A DNA stretch of 34,832 nucleotides from Chloroflexota bacterium (lineage in GTDB: Bacteria > Chloroflexota > Limnocylindria > Limnocylindrales > CSP1-4): NCBI GenBank assembly GCA_015661135.1, contig JACVXW010000001.1, positions 1-34,832 of the forward strand. Reading direction: 5' to 3'. A program made the position numbers and the translations under genes. The notes beneath the pieces are model-generated. The model ran no database searches and was not told the DNA's origin. It saw only the letters and a program-made list of their open reading frames with translations. This document shows, piece after piece, positions 7,482-14,865 of this stretch (the first letter of the stretch is position 1; the number at the start of each line of letters is the position of its first letter).

Positions 7482-7690
7482 TTGTGCGCGTGGCGCACGA
7501 TTCTCCTAATAAGGGACGATTCAGGCTGAGCACACGACCGCTGCACCACGGTCTTGTGCGCCACCGGCACAGGAGTCGCGCGAACCCCCGGCCCGGGCCC
7601 CGGAAGCGACCGCGGTCGGACCGTTCGGGCGCCAAATTGTGCGTGTGGCGCACGGCGGCCGGCGCACGGCGGCCGGCGCGTGGCGCACGA
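7482..7690. repeat. cluster of GTGGCGCAC-containing palindromes and a 14-bp tandem repeat in a non-coding region
   Basis: TTGTGCGCGTGGCGCACGA is at 7482-7500 and TTGTGCGTGTGGCGCACGG at 7638-7656. An inverted half-site TTGTGCGCCAC is at 7554-7564. GGCGCACGGCGGCC occurs in tandem at 7647-7660 and 7661-7674, followed by GGCGCGTGGCGCACGA at 7675-7690. Confidence 0.7.
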
Positions 7691-7740
7691 GGTCGGCGCG
7701 GCGGCTCCCCGCGCACCCGCGGAACGGGAGAGAAGTGTCG

Positions 7741-7770
7741 GTCCGGCGGACGAGGTGCCCGCCGCCGGAC
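7741..7770 (-). terminator. GC-rich hairpin just downstream of the usp stop codon
   Basis: GTCCGGCGG (7741-7749) pairs with CCGCCGGAC (7762-7770) around a 12-nt loop. It starts 9 nt after the usp stop on the minus strand and is followed by the pyrimidine-rich CACTTCTCTCCC. Confidence 0.4.
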
Positions 7771-7778
7771 CGTGGAGA

Positions 7779-8180
7779 TCAGCGAGCGACGACGACGGTT
7801 GCCCTGGCGTGCGTCGCAACGTGCTCGGAGACGCTGCCCTGAAGGAGGCGGCCCATCGCATTGAGGCCACGCGAGCCGATCACGACGGTGTCGTACCCGC
7901 CCTCCTCGGCGATGCGCTCGATCGTGCCGGCCGGATCGCCGAGCGGCTCGATGAGATCGGCCTCGATGCCCTGCTCGCGCAGGATCCGGCGGGCTTCCAC
8001 GAGTTCCGTGGCGTGGGCGCTGGTGTCGTCCCAGGGGTCGACCGGGAAACGGCCGGGCCGCACGGGCACGACGCTGACGACCGCCAGGGAGGCCCCGGTC
8101 AGATGCGCCAGTTCTGCCGCGGTCTCGAGGGCGCGGCGGGCGGGATCGCCGCCGTCGAAGGCCAGAAGGATCTTCTTCAT
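7779..8180 (-). CDS. universal stress protein (UspA family)
   Basis: MKKILLAFDG...VVIGSRGLNAMGRLLQGSVSEHV contains the ATP-binding G-x2-G-x9-G(S/T) motif. ATG 8180 is preceded by AAGGAG with 8-nt spacing. Confidence 0.9.
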   Translation of the reverse strand: MKKILLAFDGGDPARRALETAAELAHLTGASLAVVSVVPVRPGRFPVDPWDDTSAHATELVEARRILREQGIEADLIEPLGDPAGTIERIAEEGGYDTVVIGSRGLNAMGRLLQGSVSEHVATHARATVVVAR

Positions 8181-8329
8181 GGCACAAGGCTCCTTTCGAT
8201 GACGGTCGGGCATGACAGTGGTCCGGCTCGTACAACACCACGATCTCCCTGCGCAGGCGCTCCCGTCATCGGTCCTCGGTCAACAAGCGGCGGGCCGAAT
8301 CGCCCGAACCGCGGGTACCATGGCCAGCC

Positions 8330-9160
8330 ATGGCCGAGGAGCAGGGCGCCCACTACGACCGGATCGCCGACGGCTATGCGCGCCATTGGGGGCCGGTCAT
8401 CGCGCCGGCAGCCCTCCGCCTGCTCGACGATCTCGCACCGATGCTGCCGGCGGGATCCCCGCACGTTCTGGACATCGGCACCGGGACGGGGGCGCTTGCC
8501 ATTGCCGCGCTGGAACGGTGGCCGCGAACCCGGGTGACCGGGATCGACCCCTCGGCCGAAATGACGGCCCACGCCATGGCCGACGCGGAGCGGCGGCTCA
8601 ACGGAGGCGCCAAGGGACGGCTCCAGACCGTGACCGCGTTCGCCGATCGGCTGCCGTTTTCCGACGGGACGTTCGACCTGGCGATGTCGTCGTTCGTGCT
8701 CCAGCTGGTGCCCAGCAGAGCCGCCGCGCTCCGCGAAGCAAGACGCGTGCTCCGCCCCGGAGCGCCACTCGGCTACGTGACCTGGCTCCGCGGCGATGGT
8801 GCCGTGGATCCACCAGACCGGGTGTTCGAGGAGGTCCTCGCCGAGTTCGACTTCGACCCACCCACGCCGGACGGACCATCCAAGGACCCGGCGAGCGTCA
8901 GCGCCGCCGCGAACGGCCTGCGGCATGCGGGCTTCCGTGAGGTGCGTGCCCGTGCGGACGAACTCGTCCATCGCTGGACGCCCCGAACCTACCTGGCCTT
9001 CCTGGAGGGGTTCTCCGAGGAAAACCTTTTCGACGAGCTCGTGGAGCGCGAGCGACGGGCGCTCCGGCGCCGCCTGCTGGAGCGGCTGGGCAAGCTCGCC
9101 CCGGCCGACCTTCGACTGCGGCTGCCGGTCGTCTACGTGACGGGCCGCGCGTCCGGCTGA
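8330..9160 (+). CDS. class I SAM-dependent methyltransferase
   Basis: Motif I is VLDIGTGTGALA, the post-I motif is TGIDPSAEM, and the sequence also has DLAMSSFVLQLV and RVLRPGAPLGYV. Confidence 0.85.
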   Translation: MAEEQGAHYDRIADGYARHWGPVIAPAALRLLDDLAPMLPAGSPHVLDIGTGTGALAIAALERWPRTRVTGIDPSAEMTAHAMADAERRLNGGAKGRLQTVTAFADRLPFSDGTFDLAMSSFVLQLVPSRAAALREARRVLRPGAPLGYVTWLRGDGAVDPPDRVFEEVLAEFDFDPPTPDGPSKDPASVSAAANGLRHAGFREVRARADELVHRWTPRTYLAFLEGFSEENLFDELVERERRALRRRLLERLGKLAPADLRLRLPVVYVTGRASG

Positions 9161-9185
9161 GGCCGGCTCGACGAACGAGCCGGCC
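9161..9185. terminator. bidirectional hairpin between convergent methyltransferase and rplY genes
   Basis: GGCCGGCTCG (9161-9170) pairs perfectly over 10 bp with CGAGCCGGCC (9176-9185) around the loop ACGAA. It begins directly after the methyltransferase stop. Confidence 0.55.
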
Positions 9186-9200
9186 CTGCGTGGCCGGAGA

Positions 9201-9872
9201 TCAGCCTTCGGTGGAGCCCTCGGTGGAGCCGGCTGCGCCGGCGCCGGCCTCGGCGCCCTCCGCACCCTCGGCCGCGGCCTCCGCGACGGGCGCCACGACG
9301 ACCTCCTCGACGCGCGGCGGGATGACCTTCGCGACGATCTCGTCAAGGTCCGTGAGCAGCGTGACATCGGCCGGAATCACGAGGTCCCGGAGATGAATCA
9401 CGTCATCGAACGTCGCCAGCGACGTCACGTCGTACGTGATCGATTGCGGCAGGTGGTCCGGCAGCGCCTTGACGCGGACGTGCTCGATGGGATGGAGAAG
9501 CGTTCCGCCATGGGTCTTCACGGCGTCCGACTCGCCGATCGCGACGAGCGGGACGTCAACGGTGAGCTCCTCGGTCATCCGGACGACGAACAGGTCCGCA
9601 TGCAGCGGTCGCTGCGTCACCCGGTGCAATTGCACGCCATGGACGAGCACTGGGCGTGGATTCCCGCCGCCGATCGACAGGTTCACGAGGGTATTCGGGC
9701 TGGTCTTCCGGCGAAGGAGTTCGAACTCGTGGGCATCCACCGTGACATTGGTGGAATCGATGCCGTGGCCGAACACGACCGCGGGCAGCTGACCGGCCCG
9801 GCGCAGGTGCATGACGGCCTTTCCGGTGACGTCACGCGGCGCGGCCGCAAGGGAAGGACGAGCGGTGGACAT
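9201..9872 (-). CDS. rplY: 50S ribosomal protein L25 / general stress protein Ctc
   Basis: RDVTGKAVMHLRRAGQLPAVVFGHG...HADLFVV...PLVAIGESDAVKTHGGTL is typical of the long Ctc form, with an acidic Ala/Glu-rich tail. ATG 9872 is preceded by GGAGG. The track start at 9905 is less likely. Confidence 0.9.
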   Translation of the reverse strand: MSTARPSLAAAPRDVTGKAVMHLRRAGQLPAVVFGHGIDSTNVTVDAHEFELLRRKTSPNTLVNLSIGGGNPRPVLVHGVQLHRVTQRPLHADLFVVRMTEELTVDVPLVAIGESDAVKTHGGTLLHPIEHVRVKALPDHLPQSITYDVTSLATFDDVIHLRDLVIPADVTLLTDLDEIVAKVIPPRVEEVVVAPVAEAAAEGAEGAEAGAGAAGSTEGSTEG

Positions 9873-9961
9873 GGAACGAGGGCCTCCGAAAATCTGGAGC
9901 GCCACGGTACCACGGGCTCGTTCTCAGGGCTCCCGAAGGACCCCGGTGTAGGATCGCCCCG

Positions 9962-10660
9962 ATGTCCGCGACCATCCTCATCGTCGAAGACGAGCACGCC
10001 GTTGCCCGCGGGATCCAGTACGCCCTCCAGCAGGAGGGCTACACCGTTGCCCTCGCCCGATCTGGCGAGGAAGGCCTGGAACTCGCGGTCGGTCAGGCGC
10101 CGGATCTCGTGATCCTCGACGTCCGCCTGCCGGGTATTGATGGCTTCGAGGTCCTGCGCCGCTTGCGCGCGGCTGGCTCCAAGGCGCCCGTCCTCATGCT
10201 GACCGCCCGCGACGACGAGGTGGACAAGGTCATCGGCCTGGAGCTCGGGGCGGATGACTACGTGACCAAGCCATTCGGCCTTCGCGAGCTGCTCAGCCGG
10301 GTGAAGGCGCTGCTTCGGCGAGCGTACGGCGACCTCGCCGACGCGGTCGGGGGCCGGGTGATCCGGCACGACGACCTGCTCATCGACCTGGACAGGCGCC
10401 GCGTCCAGCGGGGAGCGCGCCGGATCAGCCTGACGCCCACGGAATTCGAGATCCTCCGCCACCTCGCCAGCCGGCCCGGCCGCGTCTACACCCGCGGCGA
10501 ACTCCTGGAGCTCCTCCGCGACTACGAGGCGCTGGACCAGGACGAGAAGACCATCAACGTCCACGTCAGCCACCTGCGCGACAAGATCGAGGACGACCCC
10601 GCCCGCCCCGTGTTCGTCCAGACGATCCGGGGCGTGGGATACGCGTTCGCCGAGCGCTGA
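9962..10660 (+). CDS. OmpR/PhoB-family two-component response regulator
   Basis: The receiver domain reads ILIVEDE...DLVILDVRLPGIDG...LMLTAR...GADDYVTKPF. The winged-helix output domain reads LTPTEFEILRHL...VHVSHLRDKIE...IRGVGY. Confidence 0.95.
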   Translation: MSATILIVEDEHAVARGIQYALQQEGYTVALARSGEEGLELAVGQAPDLVILDVRLPGIDGFEVLRRLRAAGSKAPVLMLTARDDEVDKVIGLELGADDYVTKPFGLRELLSRVKALLRRAYGDLADAVGGRVIRHDDLLIDLDRRRVQRGARRISLTPTEFEILRHLASRPGRVYTRGELLELLRDYEALDQDEKTINVHVSHLRDKIEDDPARPVFVQTIRGVGYAFAER

Positions 10661-10679
10661 CCCGGTTGCGCCGCGCGTG

Positions 10680-12220
10680 ATGCCACACACCTTCCAGGGC
10701 CGCCTGACCCTCGCCTTCGTGGCGATCCTGGCCCTGACCCTGACCCTCGTGACTGTGCTGGTCCTAACCGCCTGGGCGACTACTTCGAGCAGCAGCAGCG
10801 CGAGGACCTGGCCGCCCGATCGCTGGGCGTAGCCCAGTACGTGGCCCTCGTCGCGGAAGGCGCGAGCGGACTTCGTCCCGTCCTCGACGATGAGGGCGTG
10901 GTGGATCCGGCCGTGATCGTCGAGCTGAACAAGTCGAGCCAGCAGCGGATCCTCGCCGACCGGCTGGCCAAGGCCGACGTCCGGATCCGTCTCGTGAACG
11001 GCGAGATTCGGGCTCCGCTGGAGACCGGCGCCCTGGCCGGGCAGACCCGCGAGCCGATCACGAGCGACGCGATCTTCTACACGGTCGGCGGGACGCTCGT
11101 CCCGTACGTCGTGGAGGTGACGCTCTCGAACCCGTACACCTACCGGGCCACGGCGGCGGCCACCACGACCGGTCTTCTCGCGATCGTCGGCATCGTCGCC
11201 CTGGCCGTGTCGGTCGTGGCCGCGGCGGCGCTGGCGCGCCGCTTCACGACCCCGCTCCGCCGCCTGACCGAGGCGAGCCGCGGTCTGGCCGAAGGCGATC
11301 TCGCCCGGCGCGTGCCCACGGACGCGGAAACGGCCGGCTCGATCGAGCTGACGGATCTGGCCCTCCAGTTCAACGCGATGGCGGATCGCGTCCAGGAGAG
11401 CGTCGAGATCATCCGTCGCGATCGCGATCGCAGCCGGGACTTCCTGGCCGACGTCTCGCATGAGCTGCGGACGCCGATCGCAGCGCTGCGAACCTTCAAC
11501 GACCTCCTGAAGGAGCGGGCCGGCGAGGATCCGGAGGCGCGGGCGGAGTTCCTCGAGTCGAGCGGGGTCCAATTGGAGCGCCTGGACTGGCTGGCCCAGA
11601 ACCTGCTGGAACTCTCCAAGCTCGATTCCGGGCTCGTCCTGCTGGACCTCCGGCCGGACGATCTTCGGGCGACGGTCGAGCAGGCCGTCGAGCAGGCGGA
11701 GGCCGCGGCCCGGCGGCGCGCCCTTGACCTGACCCTGCACCTCCCCGAGCACCCGCTGCGCGTTCGCCACGATCCGGTGCGGATGGGACAGGTCGTCGCG
11801 AACCTCGTCGGCAACGCGATCAAGTTCACGCCCCGGGGCGGACGCATCGCGGTGGATGTCACGGCAATCCAGGAGGGGGCGCAGATCGTTGTCACCGACA
11901 CGGGGGTCGGGATCGACGCGGCGGAGCTGCCCCGGATCTGGGACCGCTTCTATCGCGGGACGCAGGCCAACGAGGCCCGCGGCAGCGGCAGCGGCCTGGG
12001 CCTGGCGATCGTCCGCAGCATCGTCGACATGCACGGGGGGACGGTCGCGGTCGAGAGCCGGCCGAGCGCCGGATCGACCTTCACGGTGACGCTGCCCCGG
12101 GACCCGAGATCCACGGACCCGCACCCCGCCGCGGCCGAGCGGGATGAGGCAGACGGGCCGCTGATGGCGGATTCTTCATCGTCCGGGGCGCCCCGCCTGA
12201 ACCCTGACGCTGCAGCATGA
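10680..12220 (+). CDS. sensor histidine kinase (TM1-sensor-TM2-HAMP-HisKA-HATPase) with an apparent frameshift near 10765
   Basis: The open frame from 10841 carries HAMP (PLRRLTEASRGLAEGDL), the H-box (SHELRTPIAAL) and the N/G boxes (GNAIKFT, DTGVGI, GSGLGLAIV). TM1 (MPHTFQGRLTLAFVAILALTLTLVTVLVL) is encoded from ATG 10680 in a different frame that stops at 10830-10832. Confidence 0.85.
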
Positions 12221-12256
12221 GCCCCGCTTTCCCCCGTACAGCGAGATGAACCCCGC

Positions 12257-13576
12257 ATGACCGATCCGCTCGATCTCACTGAAGAGCCGGCGTCCGCCGA
12301 TATCCCGGAGCCGGCTGAGGCGCCGATTCCGGATGGGCCGGACGAGGTGGCGCCTTCCAGCGCGCCCGCCGCCGTGGCGCCTTCCAGCGCGCCCGCCGCC
12401 CTGGCTCCTTCAGCCCCCGCGCCGCGGAGGACCGGACCGGCGAGCATCGTCGCGGTCTCGCTGTTGTCCGCGATCCTCGCCGCCGGCGGTACGGTCCTCG
12501 CGCTCAAGGGCTCGGGTGCCCTCGACCTCTCGGCGCCCGGGAGCAACGGCGCGCCGGTCGTGACCACCGGCACCAGAGTCCCCTTGTCAATCGACGAGTC
12601 GTCCGCCGTCATCGACGCGGCCGCGAAGGCGGGACCGGCGGTTGTCCGGATCTTCGTCTCCGGCACGGTGACGGATCCGGCCGGCGGCACCATCCCCGAG
12701 CAGGGCGTGGGTTCCGGGGTGATCTTCGACGCGGCCGGCTGGATCCTGACCAACCGTCACGTCGTCACGGACAGCGGCGGCGGCATCGCCGACAAGTTGA
12801 CCGTCGAGCTCAAGGACGGCCGCCAGTTCGACGGAACGGTGTACGGGGTGGATACCCTGACGGACCTCGCGATCGTGCGGATCGAGGCCGATGGTCTGAC
12901 GGCCGCGACCATTGGGTCGTCCGCCGATCTCGAAGTGGGCCAGCTCGCCATCGCGATCGGGAGCCCCCTCGGCACCTTCTCCAACACGGTCACCAGCGGC
13001 ATCGTCTCGGCGATCGGCCGGAGCGTGACGGTCCAGAGCGGGGAGCGGCTCAACAACCTGATCCAGACGGACGCGGCGATCAACCCCGGCAATAGCGGCG
13101 GACCGCTCCTCGACGCCGGGGGCAGCGTCATCGGAGTCAACACGGCCGTCGCCCAGGATTCAAACGGCATCGGGTTCGCCATCCCGATCGACATCGCCCG
13201 GCCAATCCTCCAGCAGGCGCTCACCGGCCAGGAGCTGTCGCGCCCGTACATCGGCGTCCGCTATCAGGCCGTGGACCGCCAGGTCCAGGAGGAGCAGGGG
13301 CTGTCCGTGGATCACGGCGCGTTCGTGAGCAGGTCCCGGGGTGCTGGTGGCGAGGCGCTCGACGCGGTCATCGGGGACGGCCCCGCGGACAAGGCCGGGG
13401 TGCGGGAGGGCGACGTCATCGTGGGCGTCGGCGGCAAGACGATCGACACCGAGCACCCGCTGGACCTTGTGCTGGCCGGCTTCGCGCCCGGTCAGACGAT
13501 CGAGATCGAGGTTGTCCGCGGCACCGCCACACTGACCTTCACGCTCACGCTCGGCACCCGGCCCAGCGACCTGTAG
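12257..13576 (+). CDS. HtrA/PepD-like trypsin-type serine protease with PDZ domain
   Basis: The catalytic triad contexts are TNRHVV, DLAIVRI and GNSGGPLLD. A C-terminal PDZ domain is present (GVREGDVIVGVGGKTI), and the N-terminus has a TM anchor after a Pro/Ala/Ser-rich region. Confidence 0.9.
   Translation: MTDPLDLTEEPASADIPEPAEAPIPDGPDEVAPSSAPAAVAPSSAPAALAPSAPAPRRTGPASIVAVSLLSAILAAGGTVLALKGSGALDLSAPGSNGAPVVTTGTRVPLSIDESSAVIDAAAKAGPAVVRIFVSGTVTDPAGGTIPEQGVGSGVIFDAAGWILTNRHVVTDSGGGIADKLTVELKDGRQFDGTVYGVDTLTDLAIVRIEADGLTAATIGSSADLEVGQLAIAIGSPLGTFSNTVTSGIVSAIGRSVTVQSGERLNNLIQTDAAINPGNSGGPLLDAGGSVIGVNTAVAQDSNGIGFAIPIDIARPILQQALTGQELSRPYIGVRYQAVDRQVQEEQGLSVDHGAFVSRSRGAGGEALDAVIGDGPADKAGVREGDVIVGVGGKTIDTEHPLDLVLAGFAPGQTIEIEVVRGTATLTFTLTLGTRPSDL
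12347..12400 (+). repeat. perfect 27-bp tandem duplication inside the htrA-like gene
   Basis: GTGGCGCCTTCCAGCGCGCCCGCCGCC occurs at 12347-12373 and again at 12374-12400, encoding VAPSSAPAA twice. A degenerate third unit follows. Confidence 0.9.
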
Positions 13577-13591
13577 GACGGCCGCGGGCCG

Positions 13592-13960
13592 TCAGGGGGA
13601 TCGCCGGCGCCGGATCTGGACGCCGGCGGAGGCGAGCGGTCCGCCGAGCTTGATTTCGGGCTTCCGGACGCGGACGATGACTTCCTCGAGGCCTGGAAAG
13701 TCGGCCAGGAGCTCGTGGGAGATCGCTTCGGCCAGCGCCTCGATGAGGTTGAACGTCGTGGACTCGACGATGCTCCTGACCGTCTCGTAAACGCGGCCGT
13801 AGTCGAGCGTCCGCGCGAGGTCGTCCTCCAGCCCTGCCGGCTGGAGGTCCAGGAGCAGCTCCACGTCCACCTCGAAGCGCTGGGCCGTGATCCGCTCGTG
13901 CTCGTACACGCCGTGGCGGGCCTGGAAAGACATCGCGTCGAGCACGATCCTGTCGGGCAT
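13592..13960 (-). CDS. folB: dihydroneopterin aldolase
   Basis: MPDRIVLDAMSFQARHGVYEHERITAQRFEVDVEL...DDLARTLDYGRVYE matches FolB. ATG 13960-13958 overlaps the folP stop as ATGA. Confidence 0.9.
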   Translation of the reverse strand: MPDRIVLDAMSFQARHGVYEHERITAQRFEVDVELLLDLQPAGLEDDLARTLDYGRVYETVRSIVESTTFNLIEALAEAISHELLADFPGLEEVIVRVRKPEIKLGGPLASAGVQIRRRRSP

Positions 13961-14865
13961 CAGGCGTCCCCACCGGGCCACGTGCCACGGACGACCGCGT
14001 CCGCGATCCGTGCCGCCCGCACGTTCTCCCGGACGTCGTGAACCCGGACGATGTCCACCCCCGACGCGATCGCCAGGGCGGTCGTGGCGAGGGTCGCCTC
14101 AAGACGCTGATCAGCCGGCAGGTCCAGGACGCGTCCGAGGGTCGACTTCCGTGATGTCCCGAGCAGGATCGGGCGGCCCAGGATCGTCAGGCCGGCGAGG
14201 TCCCGCAGGAGGGCGAGGTTGTGCTCCGGCGTCTTGCCGAACCCGAAGCCGGGATCGATGACGATATCCGCCCAGGCAACCCCTGCCCGGAGCGTCCGTT
14301 CGATCGCCCGCTGGAGATCCGCGACGATCTCTGGCAGAAGGGTCGTGTAGCGTGCCTCGGCACGGTTGTGCATGAGCACGATCGGCACCTTCCGCTCCGC
14401 CGCGAGGCGGGCCAGGCCGTCGTCGTCCGCCACGCCCCAGATGTCGTTCACGAGGTCAGCACCGGCGTCGAGTGCGGCCGCGGCCACCGCGACCTTGGTC
14501 GTATCGATGGAGATCGGGATGGATGGCAGGGCGGCCCGGATGGCCCGCACCACGGGCACGACACGCGCGACCTCGTCGGCCGCGGCAACGGCGGTGTGGC
14601 CGGGCCGGGACGACTCGCCGCCGACGTCGAGCAGGTCGGCGCCCGCCTCGGCCATCGAGGTCGCCATGCGAACTGCGGCGGCGGACGGATCGGCCGACGT
14701 GTCCGGGGCCCCACGGCCAGCCAGCAGGCCGTCACCGGAGAACGAGTCCGGCGTCACGTTGACGATCCCCATGACGAATGTTCGGGTGCCCCAGGCGAAG
14801 GTGCGCGGCCCGATCCTCGTGGAGCCGAGCGCGTCCGGGCGGGTACGGGTAGAGCGATCGCTCAT
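13960..14865 (-). CDS. folP: dihydropteroate synthase
   Basis: VMGIVNVTPDSFSGDG, DLLDVGGESSRPG, ISIDT, VNDIWG, MHN, DPGFGFGK and GTSRKS are pterin-binding domain motifs. The start overlaps the folC stop as ATGA. Confidence 0.95.
   Translation of the reverse strand: MSDRSTRTRPDALGSTRIGPRTFAWGTRTFVMGIVNVTPDSFSGDGLLAGRGAPDTSADPSAAAVRMATSMAEAGADLLDVGGESSRPGHTAVAAADEVARVVPVVRAIRAALPSIPISIDTTKVAVAAAALDAGADLVNDIWGVADDDGLARLAAERKVPIVLMHNRAEARYTTLLPEIVADLQRAIERTLRAGVAWADIVIDPGFGFGKTPEHNLALLRDLAGLTILGRPILLGTSRKSTLGRVLDLPADQRLEATLATTALAIASGVDIVRVHDVRENVRAARIADAVVRGTWPGGDA

Noticed and set aside
7638-7690. CRISPR-like appearance of the short direct repeats here and at 25343-25400
   Set aside because: The repeat units are only 11-19 bp. 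They are adjacent or irregularly spaced, without spacers of uniform length. No cas genes are present in the window.
7735-7742. DNA-damage regulatory motifs near the repair genes. These are TGTCGGTC here and TGTCGGTG at 25102-25109 (PafBC/RecA-NDp-like), and TCGAAC-GCAT-GTCGGT at 25093-25108 (half an actinobacterial SOS box).
   Set aside because: No TANNNT hexamer sits at the required roughly 8-nt distance after either TGTCGGT copy. The second SOS half-site matches only 3 of 6 positions. Neither copy lies in a promoter-proximal position for ligC or the polymerase gene.
9683-12124. 813-aa ORF on the minus strand, the longest ORF in the window
   Set aside because: It lies entirely antisense to the response regulator and histidine kinase genes, which have unmistakable domain motifs. 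Its translation is Arg/Pro/Gly/Asp-rich with no recognisable motif. This is the typical stop-codon-poor antisense frame of a high-GC genome.
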